Of a stretch of 61,282 nucleotides of DNA, positions 17,767 through 27,761 are shown one piece after another. This DNA is from Bacteroidia bacterium. GTDB taxonomy: Bacteria; Bacteroidota; Bacteroidia; AKYH767-A; OLB10. The notes beneath the pieces are model-generated. The model worked only from the letters and a program-made list of their open reading frames with translations. It had not been told where the DNA came from and ran no database searches. A program made the translations under genes and the position numbers. Position 1 is the first letter of the stretch. Every line of letters begins with the position of its first letter. Where the stretch lies: contig JBIOHJ010000001.1 of the NCBI GenBank assembly GCA_044448905.1, positions 1 to 61,282 of the forward strand. Reading direction: 5' to 3'.

Positions 17767-18156
17767 ATGTTAAAAGTTCTTTTGGTTGAAGACAACGAAT
17801 TTAACCAAATGGTGGCGATTGATACTTTACACAGCCATATTCCGGGCATCACCATTGAAACTGCTGTGAATGGAAAAGAAGCTTTCGAAAAAGTAAAAGA
17901 CAATAATTTTGACCTTGTTTTGATGGATATACAAATGCCCGAAATGGATGGCTATACTGCTACACAAATGATAAGGAGTAAACTTCATCCGCCTAAAAAT
18001 TCTATAAAAATAATGGCAATGACAGCCGGAGCTTTAAAATCTGAAGTGCAAAAATGTTTTGACGCAGGCATGGATGATTACATTGCCAAGCCATTTGATC
18101 CCGGTGCATTAATGGGAAAAATGAATGACCTTTTCAATAAAAATAATCACGCTTAA
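17767..18156 (+). CDS. response-regulator receiver domain (probably the detached C-terminus of the upstream kinase)
   Basis: VLLVEDNEFN, DLVLMDIQMPEMDG, MTAG, KP motifs. Its frame is open back to 17611 and there reads IPLELTD..., the usual continuation of a HATPase domain. Confidence 0.85.
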   Translation: MLKVLLVEDNEFNQMVAIDTLHSHIPGITIETAVNGKEAFEKVKDNNFDLVLMDIQMPEMDGYTATQMIRSKLHPPKNSIKIMAMTAGALKSEVQKCFDAGMDDYIAKPFDPGALMGKMNDLFNKNNHA

Positions 18157-18274
18157 AAAATCAGTTTTTAGATTGAATAATAATCTGAATGTTTTTAAGC
18201 TGAAATAAGCTCCTGAAATTAAATTTTGGTTGTGATTGAGTTTTTTATTTCTTTGTATATCTCTTCTGTTAACT

Positions 18275-20470
18275 ATGATCCAGGGATTGCACTTTTTAAA
18301 AGTTAAGATTTTGTTTTCTATCTTGTTCTTGTTGATGTTTGTTAGTTTTTTGATCGCTCAAAAAAAACAAAATTCATCAACCGATAATTATTCCGATTTG
18401 TTTGAGGAACAGGAAAGCTTTGAATTTTTTAATGAACTGCCACGTGCTTTGAAAACTGCACCTTTTCCGCAAATAACTGTACTTAGTGAACAACGGCTGA
18501 AATCAGCCGAAAAATCGGGCAACCAAAAAGTTATTGCAACCACTGCAAATAATTTGGGATTGGTTGCAATTAAGAAACAGGATTTTTATAAGGCGTTGGG
18601 TTATCTTATTAAGTCAATCAATGCGCGTACTGCGTTAAACGATAAAGATGGAATTGCCATTACGGCCGGTGAAATTGGTTATGTGCATTACCGGGTTAAA
18701 GATTATTCAAAGGCGCTTCAATATTTTTATTCTGCCTATGAATTATCTGGCGAACAAAATCTCGTAACTGTAAAAGCCAATATTGCCGCATTAATGGGTA
18801 TCGTTTATTTCAAAAAAAAAGATATTTTAAGTGGCGAAAAATATTTTAACAATGCCTTATCGGATTTTACAACTCTGGATGATGATAAATCACGTGCCCG
18901 GCTCAACAACAAAATGGCTGAATTGTATCTGGAAAGAAATGATTATGCGAAAGCACTAAAACACTTCCGACAATCAATGGTGTTGTATGATGAGTTGAAT
19001 AATACCGGTCAAAAGGCAGTTGCACTTCGCAATATTGGAATTGTTTATTTTAAAAAAGGTGATTATGAAAAAGCACTTGAATATTTTAACAACAGTCTTG
19101 CGTTTTCCAATCAGCTTATTGTTAAAAAGCTGATTAAAGATACCTATTTAAAACTAGCAACTGTTTACAGTTTTCAAAAAAAATATGATAAAGCCGATGC
19201 TTATCACGATCTGTACCGAAATTTAAAAGATTCGATAACATATTTTGAAAGTTCAAAAAAATTTACACAGGATGATTTGCAGCATGAAGTAACAGAAAAG
19301 GAAAAAGTTATTGAACTTTTAAGCAAAGCCAATGAAGAGCAAATAAAAATATTAAATCAGCAGGGACTCGAGTTAAGCCAGCAACTAACCGCAACCGAGC
19401 TCGAACGGCAAAGCAAGGAGAAAGCTCTTGAAGAGCTGAGCGTTGCAACTCTTGAGAAAAAAGAAAAAGAAAAGCAGGTGCTTTTGCTTTCGAAACAAAA
19501 AGCCGAAAAAGATTTACAGCTTTCCAAAAAAGAACTGGAGCTGAGCAGAAAAAATGCGCTGATGTACGCTTTGACCGGTGGCGCACTCATTTTCCTGCTT
19601 CTTACTTTTCTTATCTATAGCCGGTACCGGTATAAAAAGAAATCGAATGAAGTACTAAACGTTGCCAATAAAGAATTGCAGGAAACACTCGATAAATTAA
19701 AATCTACACAAGCACAATTGATTTATTCGCAAAAGATGGCATCACTCGGGCAACTCACTGCAGGTATTGCCCATGAAATTCAAAATCCATTGAATTTTGT
19801 AAATAATTTTTCCGAAATATCAGCCGAACTGGTTGATGAATTTGTAAATTCCGATTCCGAAAAAGAACGCAAGGGGATTGCAGAAAATTTAAAACAAAAT
19901 TTTTCTAAAATTTCTCATCATGGCAAAAGAGCCGATACCATTGTAAAAAATATGTTGCAGCACAGCCGTTCGGGTGTACAGGAAAAACAACCTACTGACA
20001 TCAATGCCTTAGCCGAAGAGTTTATCAATCTTGCTTACCATGGAATGAGGGCGACCAACATTGATTTTAATTGCACAATAGAAAAAAATCTTGACAAGGT
20101 ACTTCCTAAAATAAATGTTGTTCCGCAGGATATAAGCAGGGTTATGCTTAATATTTTTAATAATGCATTTTATGCAGTTAAAGAAAAAAGTAAAACTGCA
20201 AACCATAGTTATAAACCTACTGTTGGTATTTCAGCCCAGCTGCAAAACCATGCACTAATAATCAGTATAACAGATAACGGGCACGGCATACCCGATGAAG
20301 TAAAGGACAAAATATTTGATCCTTTTTTTACAACAAAACCTGCCGGTGAAGGTACAGGAATTGGTCTTTCATTAAGTTACGATATCATTACGCACGGGCA
20401 TAACGGAACAATTCGAGTGGAAAGCAAAGAAAATATCGGAACTTCATTTTTTATTGAATTACCGGCTTGA
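18275..20470 (+). CDS. TPR-repeat sensor histidine kinase
   Basis: Signal/TM segment, multiple TPR-like repeats (YxKALxYF), coiled coil, TM helix. H-box GIAHEIQNPLN and ATPase motifs (DNGHGIP, GEGTGIGLS). ATG at 18275 preferred over TTG at 18236. Confidence 0.85.
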   Translation: MIQGLHFLKVKILFSILFLLMFVSFLIAQKKQNSSTDNYSDLFEEQESFEFFNELPRALKTAPFPQITVLSEQRLKSAEKSGNQKVIATTANNLGLVAIKKQDFYKALGYLIKSINARTALNDKDGIAITAGEIGYVHYRVKDYSKALQYFYSAYELSGEQNLVTVKANIAALMGIVYFKKKDILSGEKYFNNALSDFTTLDDDKSRARLNNKMAELYLERNDYAKALKHFRQSMVLYDELNNTGQKAVALRNIGIVYFKKGDYEKALEYFNNSLAFSNQLIVKKLIKDTYLKLATVYSFQKKYDKADAYHDLYRNLKDSITYFESSKKFTQDDLQHEVTEKEKVIELLSKANEEQIKILNQQGLELSQQLTATELERQSKEKALEELSVATLEKKEKEKQVLLLSKQKAEKDLQLSKKELELSRKNALMYALTGGALIFLLLTFLIYSRYRYKKKSNEVLNVANKELQETLDKLKSTQAQLIYSQKMASLGQLTAGIAHEIQNPLNFVNNFSEISAELVDEFVNSDSEKERKGIAENLKQNFSKISHHGKRADTIVKNMLQHSRSGVQEKQPTDINALAEEFINLAYHGMRATNIDFNCTIEKNLDKVLPKINVVPQDISRVMLNIFNNAFYAVKEKSKTANHSYKPTVGISAQLQNHALIISITDNGHGIPDEVKDKIFDPFFTTKPAGEGTGIGLSLSYDIITHGHNGTIRVESKENIGTSFFIELPA

Positions 20471-20479
20471 TTTTACTTT

Positions 20480-22435
20480 TTATACCTTCTCAACCCAATC
20501 ACCATTTTGCTTTATCAGGCTAATTAAGGCGTCAACCGCTTTATCCGAATCAATTGCGCGTTGCACTACTTCTTTTCCCTTGTATAAAGTAATTTTTCCG
20601 GGGCCAACACCAACATAACCGTAATCAGCATCTGCCATTTCACCCGGTCCGTTTACAATGCATCCCATAATGCCTATTTTGACTCCTTTCAAATGATCTG
20701 TTCTTGCGCGTATGCGGGCTGTTGTCTCCTGCAAATCGAAAAGCGTGCGGCCACACGAAGGGCAACTGATATATTCAGTCTTTGAAATACGCGTGCGGGC
20801 TGCCTGCAAAATTCCGAAGGCAGTGCTGTTAATCGCTTTGTGTTTGATGTTCTGAGCGCATAACCAGATTCCATCACCAAATCCATGCAGCAGTAACGCA
20901 CCGCAATCTGTTGAGGCATTTAACCGGAAATCGTTTTCTGAAATTCCGGAAAAATTTCTTTTGATAATAACCGGAATGCCTGAATGATTGGCTATCAATT
21001 CAAAAAACATTCTTCTCTGTTCAGCCATTGCGTGTTCATTGTCTGTTTCAAAAATAAGAACAGCTTTATTTAAGTTTATAAATTGAGATTTGAGGTTTTC
21101 AGAAAGCAAATAATTTAAGTTAATTGAAACGAAATTCAAATCATTTGATTTTTTATCAGTGCCCAGGTATTCATTCCACCTAAAAAACGGGTAGGATCTT
21201 GTTTTATCCACAAGTGTTTTCCATGTTTCATAATTATAAATCAAGCCCAAAGTTCCCGGAATTTCAAAATCGACTTTGTTATCTCCAACAAAAATATAAT
21301 CACATGCCTGATCGCTGATATTCCATTTGTCGAGATCAGGAGAGTAATTATACCCTACAGATAATAAATCAGCAGGCAATATTTTATCTGCTTCTGAAAA
21401 ATCAGCAACCACTCGCGGAACATTGTGCCCTCCGAAGTTCAACACTTCATTCGATTTTCTTTTATTGTATTCAAAGGGCGTAAATCCCAAATCCCAGATT
21501 GTACCTTGCACATCAGCAATTGGCTTATGATTCACCCTGTTTTTATATCGCTCTACTAACGCTTTCGCTACCGGAATTTCAAGCTCCGGCTCTTCTGTTA
21601 ACGAAACACGTATCGTATCACCAATGCCGTCTTCAAGTAAAGCTCCGATACCAACTGCTGATTTTATTCTACCGTCTTCTCCTTCACCCGCTTCAGTTAC
21701 CCCAAGGTGCAGCGGATAATTCATTCCTTCCTCTTTCATTTTCACAATCAGCAAACGATAAGCCTGCACCATTACCTGCGGGTTACTTGCTTTCATGGAA
21801 AGAACAATTTCATGATACCCTTCATCCTCACAAATTCTAACAAACTCCAATGCCGATTCAACCATGCCTAAAGGAGTATCGCCATAACGGCTCATAATCC
21901 GGTCACTCAAAGAACCATGATTTGTACCGATGCGCATCGCAGTACCGTATTCTTTGCAGATTTTTACTAGCGGGATAAATCGCTTGTGTATTCTGTCTAA
22001 CTCCGCATCATAAGCCGCATCAGAAAAATCAAATGTTTCAAACTTTTTTTTATCGGCATAATTACCGGGATTCACACGCACTTTTTCAACTATGCGCGCA
22101 GCCAGTTCGGCAGCATTGGGAGTAAAATGAATATCGGCAATAAGCGGAGTTTTGTATCCGCGTTTATGCAATTCGTTTTTAATGTTCTCAAGGTTTTTCG
22201 CTTCATGAATGCTGGGTGCAGTTATGCGAACGTATTCGCAACCCGCTTCAATCATGCGAATGCTTTGTTCAACCGTAGCAATCGTATTCATTGTATCAGT
22301 GGTTGTCATACTTTGAATACGAATAGGATTATCTCCTCCCAAAGCCACATCGCCAATCTTTACTTCCCGCGTGAACATACGCTCATAACGGGTCAGGCTG
22401 TTGCAATAAAGAGAAGGTAAAAGAGATGTTTCCAT
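20480..22435 (-). CDS. ispG: 4-hydroxy-3-methylbut-2-enyl diphosphate synthase, long form with inserted domain
   Basis: 651 aa. N-terminal TIM-barrel motifs (IRIQSMT, VRINPGN) and C-terminal CPSCGR...GCIVNGPGE 4Fe-4S domain, separated by a large insert. Confidence 0.9.
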   Translation of the reverse strand: METSLLPSLYCNSLTRYERMFTREVKIGDVALGGDNPIRIQSMTTTDTMNTIATVEQSIRMIEAGCEYVRITAPSIHEAKNLENIKNELHKRGYKTPLIADIHFTPNAAELAARIVEKVRVNPGNYADKKKFETFDFSDAAYDAELDRIHKRFIPLVKICKEYGTAMRIGTNHGSLSDRIMSRYGDTPLGMVESALEFVRICEDEGYHEIVLSMKASNPQVMVQAYRLLIVKMKEEGMNYPLHLGVTEAGEGEDGRIKSAVGIGALLEDGIGDTIRVSLTEEPELEIPVAKALVERYKNRVNHKPIADVQGTIWDLGFTPFEYNKRKSNEVLNFGGHNVPRVVADFSEADKILPADLLSVGYNYSPDLDKWNISDQACDYIFVGDNKVDFEIPGTLGLIYNYETWKTLVDKTRSYPFFRWNEYLGTDKKSNDLNFVSINLNYLLSENLKSQFINLNKAVLIFETDNEHAMAEQRRMFFELIANHSGIPVIIKRNFSGISENDFRLNASTDCGALLLHGFGDGIWLCAQNIKHKAINSTAFGILQAARTRISKTEYISCPSCGRTLFDLQETTARIRARTDHLKGVKIGIMGCIVNGPGEMADADYGYVGVGPGKITLYKGKEVVQRAIDSDKAVDALISLIKQNGDWVEKV

Positions 22436-22533
22436 GAATGATTACAAAATTACGGCAAAAAGGATAAAGCCACCATTCCTGTATCCCTGCATTAAAATCT
22501 TTTTATAATTTAGTCGGTATTAAAAACCTGAAA

Positions 22534-23250
22534 GTGGAAAAGGTAAAAACATTTGTTATACATGTTCGTGGCAACAAGGAGCGTGAAAAACATATAAAAC
22601 GCGAATTGCAAAAACATAATATTGATTATGAATTTATTTTAGAAGGTAACATGGAAGACATTACTGAAAATAACCTTGAAAAATACTTTAGCGATGATTA
22701 CAAAAAGATTTCACCTCAAACTTCCTGTGTGCTGAAACATTTTTATGCTTATGAACAAATAGTAAAAAATAATATCTCCATTGCATTGGTATTTGAAGAT
22801 GATATTGAATTGTTTAATTCGTTTCAGAAAATCTTTGAAGCTTCAGTTAAAGAATCTGTTACTGAAAACCTTTCGGGTTTTATTGTTTCTTACGAAGCAT
22901 CCACTCAGAATTTTATCGGTAAAAGTGAAGAGGTTGCCCGAAAATATCTTTATAAAAAAAATAATGGCAGATGTGCCGGTGCTTACCTTATTGATGTCGC
23001 TGCAGCCAAAATGATTTTAGATTATACATACAAATACAAATGCAACATGAATGTTGACTGGCTGCATAATGAATTATCCGCTAAGGGAATATTAAAAATA
23101 TTCTGGTGTCATCCTCCGGTTGCCGAACAGCAAAGCCACAATGGAAAAATACAATCGCTGCTCGATTCTAAAAAACAGGGAAATTTTTACCGCATAAAAT
23201 ATTTTATTCAGAAAGCATACAAAGAAAAAATTTTAAGCAGGCTCAGGTAA
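22534..23250 (+). CDS. glycosyltransferase family 25-like (LPS/LOS biosynthesis)
   Basis: 238 aa. N-terminus FVIHVRGNKEREKHIKREL resembles GT25. GTG start. The 3' end overlaps the convergent ABC gene by 8 nt. Confidence 0.55.
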   Translation: MEKVKTFVIHVRGNKEREKHIKRELQKHNIDYEFILEGNMEDITENNLEKYFSDDYKKISPQTSCVLKHFYAYEQIVKNNISIALVFEDDIELFNSFQKIFEASVKESVTENLSGFIVSYEASTQNFIGKSEEVARKYLYKKNNGRCAGAYLIDVAAAKMILDYTYKYKCNMNVDWLHNELSAKGILKIFWCHPPVAEQQSHNGKIQSLLDSKKQGNFYRIKYFIQKAYKEKILSRLR

Positions 23251-25069
23251 AACTTTGCAAATCGTAAAGCTTTTTATACGTACCGTCATGAGCCAGTAAA
23301 CTGTCGTGAGTGCCACGTTCAACAATAGCGCCATTTTGCAGAACAATAATTTCATCAGCATGCTGAATGGTTGAAAGACGGTGCGCAATGACTAATGTGG
23401 TGCGGTTTTCCATCAGCTTTAAAATAGCATCCTGCACCAGGCGCTCTGATTCAGTATCAAGAGCCGATGTGGCTTCATCCAAAATAAGTATCGGAGGATT
23501 CTTTAAAACAGCCCTTGCAATACTTATCCGCTGGCGCTGCCCCCCAGATAATTTTGAGCCACGATCACCAATATTAGTTTGATATCCGTTTTCCATCTGA
23601 GATATAAACTCGTGAGCGTTTGCAATTTTTGCAGCATTTATCACATCTTCTTCTTTGACATTACTCATCCCGAAAGCTATATTATTAAAAACCGTATCAT
23701 TAAAAAGGATGGCTTCCTGGGTAACGATTCCCATAAGATTGCGAAGGCTGTTTGCTTTTATTTCATTTATATTTTTTTCATCAATAAAAATGCTTCCTTG
23801 TTGCAAATCATAAAATCTCGGAAGCAAATCGGCAATAGTCGATTTCCCCGATCCCGACTGACCGACAAGTGCTACCGTTTTACCCCTTTTAATTTCAAAA
23901 GAAATATTTTTTAAGACTTTTTCTTTTTCATACGCAAAAGAAACTTCACGGTACTCTATTTTGTTACCGAATGAATTTATTTCTGTTGCCCCTTCTTTAT
24001 CTAAGACTTCAACAGGTGTATCAATAATATTTATAATGCGGTCACCGGCAGCCAGCCCTTTCTGTATATTGGTAATGGCTGAAGAAATGTTTTTTGCCGG
24101 TGGAAGTATCTGAGAATAAATAATGATGTAAGTAATAAATTCACTTGCGGTAAGCTCCGATTGGTTGTTCAATACCAGCGTTCCGCCATACACAATAAGA
24201 ACCACTACCACCAATACACCAAGAAATTCTGAAACCGGTGAAGCAAGCTCCCTGCGATTGATGTAAGATTTTAAAACCAGCCGGTACTTTGTATTAAATT
24301 CTTCAAACCTTCTGGCAATAAAAGACTGGGCAACAAAAGCTTTAATGATTCTGACAGCGGTAATAGCTTCATCAGTAACACTTAAAATTTTTCCAAGCAA
24401 ATTCTGACCAACATCCGCTGTTCGTTTAAGTTTTTTTGAAATTGCCGCAATGATAAAACCTGAAACAGGAAAAAAAACCAACGTGAATAAAGTGAGCTTT
24501 ACCGACATCATAAAAAGCATTATGAAATAAACTATAATGATAAGCGGCTCACGAAATACAACATGAATCGTGCTGATTACTGAGTTTTCAACTTCATGAA
24601 CATCGTTCGACACCACGCTCATTAAATCTCCTTTTTGCTTTGTGTGAAAAAATCCTACATGCATCGAAATTATTTTTTCGAACACTGCTTTCCGCATCCT
24701 GAAGACAAGCCATACTCTTACGCGTGTAAGAACACGCATTGAGAAATAGCGGAAAATATTTGCCAGCAAGACACTGGATAGAATAACTGCACACACAAAT
24801 TTTAAAGCGGCTTCTTTTCCATACTGGATTGAAATAAAGCTGTACCAGTAATCAAAAACGCCTTTGATATACGTAATTGAAAATGAAAACTCGGGAAATG
24901 AAACCTGTTTGCTTTCCTGTGCTGTGTTAAATAGAACATTCAGCAAAGGAATGATTAGAGAAAAATTAATAGCTCCGAAAATAACTGCCGGAATCATCAA
25001 AAATAAATACGGAACTATAAAAGTTTTGTATGGCTTTGCAAATGAGAGCAGCCGTAAATATGTTTTCAC
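23243..25069 (-). CDS. ABC transporter, fused permease/ATPase (MsbA-like exporter)
   Basis: 608 aa. Six N-terminal TM helices, Walker A GQSGSGKST, signature LSGGQRQRISIARA, Walker B ILILDEATS. Confidence 0.9.
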   Translation of the reverse strand: MKTYLRLLSFAKPYKTFIVPYLFLMIPAVIFGAINFSLIIPLLNVLFNTAQESKQVSFPEFSFSITYIKGVFDYWYSFISIQYGKEAALKFVCAVILSSVLLANIFRYFSMRVLTRVRVWLVFRMRKAVFEKIISMHVGFFHTKQKGDLMSVVSNDVHEVENSVISTIHVVFREPLIIIVYFIMLFMMSVKLTLFTLVFFPVSGFIIAAISKKLKRTADVGQNLLGKILSVTDEAITAVRIIKAFVAQSFIARRFEEFNTKYRLVLKSYINRRELASPVSEFLGVLVVVVLIVYGGTLVLNNQSELTASEFITYIIIYSQILPPAKNISSAITNIQKGLAAGDRIINIIDTPVEVLDKEGATEINSFGNKIEYREVSFAYEKEKVLKNISFEIKRGKTVALVGQSGSGKSTIADLLPRFYDLQQGSIFIDEKNINEIKANSLRNLMGIVTQEAILFNDTVFNNIAFGMSNVKEEDVINAAKIANAHEFISQMENGYQTNIGDRGSKLSGGQRQRISIARAVLKNPPILILDEATSALDTESERLVQDAILKLMENRTTLVIAHRLSTIQHADEIIVLQNGAIVERGTHDSLLAHDGTYKKLYDLQSFT

Positions 25070-25169
25070 CTAATATAAAATATGGTTGCGAAGATAAGAA
25101 TTGTTACCTGTGGCGGCTGATACTAAACGAACCAATGACAGGGATATTTTGTTTATTTGCGGACTTAAT

Positions 25170-25538
25170 ATGGACACCACCCGGCAAAATAAGTTTTCGA
25201 GGCTTATACAAAAAGAACTGGCTGAAATTTTACAGCGCGAAGGAAAAAAATTCTGCGGCACTTCGTTCGTCACAATTACGAACGTAAAAGTTACACCCGA
25301 TTTAGCTTTAGCACGCATTTCCTTAAGCGTATTTAAGGAAAAACAGCCACTTGCCTTGATTAAGAACATGCAAACTCACAAGCATGAAATCAGAAAAATG
25401 CTTGGCTTTAAAATAAAAAACCAGGCACGGCATATTCCTGAACTTGAATTTTTTCTTGATGATTCGCTGGATTATGTTGCGCGAATTGATGATATCTTTA
25501 AAACCCTGCACATCCCTCCCGCAGATGAAACTAAGTGA
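25170..25538 (+). CDS. rbfA: ribosome-binding factor A
   Basis: Start chosen at MDTTRQNKFSRLIQKELAEIL. VTITNVKVTPDLALARISLSVF and IPELEFFLDDS are typical RbfA motifs. Confidence 0.85.
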   Translation: MDTTRQNKFSRLIQKELAEILQREGKKFCGTSFVTITNVKVTPDLALARISLSVFKEKQPLALIKNMQTHKHEIRKMLGFKIKNQARHIPELEFFLDDSLDYVARIDDIFKTLHIPPADETK

Positions 25539-25577
25539 TTGAGTAAATAAAAAATAAATGCAGAAACCATTGAATCG

Positions 25578-25600
25578 AAGTTTTACAATTTGTAAAACTT
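25578..25600 (+). terminator. hairpin after rbfA
   Basis: AAGTTTTACA-ATT-TGTAAAACTT, a 10-bp perfect stem 40 nt after the stop. No strong T-tract. Confidence 0.4.
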
Positions 25601-25643
25601 GTCTGTTTGCTGATGGATTCGAATAAATTCGTTTTTCACGCCT

Positions 25644-26456
25644 ATGCATTACGACCCGATTAAGCGTACACTTGGCAATGCTTTTAACAAATCCCCTTTT
25701 CTGAGAAGACTTTTTTATTCGTTGCTTGATTTGCTTTTGCTGCGTGCATGGCATGTGCATAAAGAGTTAGGAAGTTGGAGTTCGGAGCCCGGAGAACAAA
25801 AACACATTAATATTTTAGATGCGGGTGCGGGATTTGGACAGTACACATTTTGGATGTGGAGAAAAATAAAAAACTGTTTCATTCTTGCCGTTGATGTAAA
25901 AGAAGAGCAAGTTACCGACTGCAATAATTTTTTTTCAAAGATCGGAGCTTCCAATGTAAAATTTGAGATTGCCGACCTTACTAAGTTTGTAAGAGAAAAC
26001 TCTTATGACCTGGTTCTTTCGGTTGATGTGATGGAACATATCCTTGAAGATGTCCTGGTATTTAAAAATTTTTATGCTTCGATGAAACCGGGCAGCATGC
26101 TTTTAATTTCAACACCAAGTGACCAGGGCGGAAGTGATGTTCATGCCGATTCTGATTCATCTTTTATTGAAGAACATGTTCGTGATGGTTATAATATTAA
26201 GGAGATTGAGCAAAAATTATTGACTGCGGGTTTTTCAAAAGTGAAGGCAAAATATGCTTACGGCACTCCGGGAAAAATTTCGTGGCGGCTGTCAATGAAA
26301 TATCCAATCAAGATGCTCGGTGTTTCTAAATTATTTTTCATTGTTCTTCCTTTTTATTATTTGATCGCATATCCTGTTTCCTTTGTTTTGAATTATTTTG
26401 ATATCCACATGCAACACCAAACCGGAACAGGATTGATTGTGAAAGCGTGGAAATAA
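25644..26456 (+). CDS. class I SAM-dependent methyltransferase with C-terminal membrane segment
   Basis: Motif I ILDAGAGFGQY, post-I acidic residue, motif DLVLSVDVMEH. Hydrophobic C-terminus. Confidence 0.7.
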   Translation: MHYDPIKRTLGNAFNKSPFLRRLFYSLLDLLLLRAWHVHKELGSWSSEPGEQKHINILDAGAGFGQYTFWMWRKIKNCFILAVDVKEEQVTDCNNFFSKIGASNVKFEIADLTKFVRENSYDLVLSVDVMEHILEDVLVFKNFYASMKPGSMLLISTPSDQGGSDVHADSDSSFIEEHVRDGYNIKEIEQKLLTAGFSKVKAKYAYGTPGKISWRLSMKYPIKMLGVSKLFFIVLPFYYLIAYPVSFVLNYFDIHMQHQTGTGLIVKAWK

Positions 26457-26528
26457 TCAGGTTTAAAGTTCAATGTTTGGTGTTTTAAGAGAAGAAAAAA
26501 AATAACTTTGGACTTTAAACTTTGAGCT

Positions 26529-27761
26529 TTGAACTTTCCTTTCTACATAGCCAAACGATATATTGTATCGCGTAAATCCACAAATGTTATAAATATTATT
26601 TCGTGGGTTTCGGTGTTGGGTATTGCAGTAGGAACCGCAGGGTTGATCGTTGTGCTTTCCGTATTCAACGGTTTCGGCAACCTGGTGATTTCACTTTATG
26701 ATGCTTTTGACCCTGATATTAAAATAACAGCAAATATTGGCAAGACTTTTCTTCCCTCTAATGCGAATCTTGAACAGATTAAGAAAATTAAAGGGATTAA
26801 AGCTGCTTCACTGATTCTCGAAGAAAACGCGCTGCTTAAATACCGCGAAAAGCAAATGATCGCCACAGTAAAAGGAGTGGATGAAAATTTCCTAATCACA
26901 TCTGATTTAAAAAATAACATTGCCGAAGGTGAAATGCTTCTTGAATCAAAAGAAAAAAATTACACGGTGGTTGGAAGCGGAATAGCTTATGTGTTGGGAA
27001 TAAATCTTGAAGATATGTTCAGCCAGATAAATGTTTTTGTGCCGAAACGGGGTCATTCCGTTGCTTTAACACCGGAAGACGCTTTTACCAATTTGCTGAT
27101 TCGCCCTTCGGGAATATTTGTTATACAACAGGATTTTGATACGAAATATGTAGTGGTACCATTGCGTTTTGCCCGTGAACTGATTGGTGAAGAAAATAAA
27201 GTAAGCGCAATTGAAATTGCAATTGATAAAAATTCAGATGTGCAGGAAATAAAAAACCAGGTTGCACAAGCTGTCGGAAAAAATTTTAAAGTTCAGGACA
27301 GGATTGAACAGCACGATTTTCTGAATAAAATCCTTTCGTCCGAAAAATGGGCGGTATATTTAATCCTCAGCCTTATTCTTTTAATTTCGGCTTTCAGCAT
27401 TATTGGTTCGCTTACGATGTTGATTATTGACAAGAAACAGGACATTAGCACGTTCATCAGCATGGGTGCAGAACCTGCAACGGTGCGAAAAATTTTTTTA
27501 TCGGAAGGATTAATGATTTCGCTCATCGGAGGTGTAATTGGAATTTTTCTTGGCTGGCTGATTTGTTTTTTGCAGCAGCAATTCAAATTCATTAAGCTTG
27601 AAAACAGCGAATCGTTTGTAATAGATGCTTACCCCGTAAGCATGCAGCCATTTGATTTTGCAATAACGTTTTTAATCGTGTTTGTGATTGGCGTAGCTTT
27701 ATCAACTTTTGCATCATTCAAGCTGATAAACAAAAATTTTCTGCGTCTAAAACAGGGCTAA
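26529..27761 (+). CDS. FtsX/LolE-like ABC transporter permease
   Basis: 410 aa. N-terminus FYIAKRYIVSRKS plus a TM helix, a large periplasmic loop and three C-terminal TM helices. TTG start, so the start is uncertain. Confidence 0.75.
   Translation: MNFPFYIAKRYIVSRKSTNVINIISWVSVLGIAVGTAGLIVVLSVFNGFGNLVISLYDAFDPDIKITANIGKTFLPSNANLEQIKKIKGIKAASLILEENALLKYREKQMIATVKGVDENFLITSDLKNNIAEGEMLLESKEKNYTVVGSGIAYVLGINLEDMFSQINVFVPKRGHSVALTPEDAFTNLLIRPSGIFVIQQDFDTKYVVVPLRFARELIGEENKVSAIEIAIDKNSDVQEIKNQVAQAVGKNFKVQDRIEQHDFLNKILSSEKWAVYLILSLILLISAFSIIGSLTMLIIDKKQDISTFISMGAEPATVRKIFLSEGLMISLIGGVIGIFLGWLICFLQQQFKFIKLENSESFVIDAYPVSMQPFDFAITFLIVFVIGVALSTFASFKLINKNFLRLKQG

Noticed and set aside
25070-25760. Minus-strand ORFs 25070-25369 and 25323-25760, and the 5' extension of rbfA from 25101
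   Set aside because: They overlap rbfA and the methyltransferase, which have clear signatures. RbfA homology starts at the ATG at 25170.
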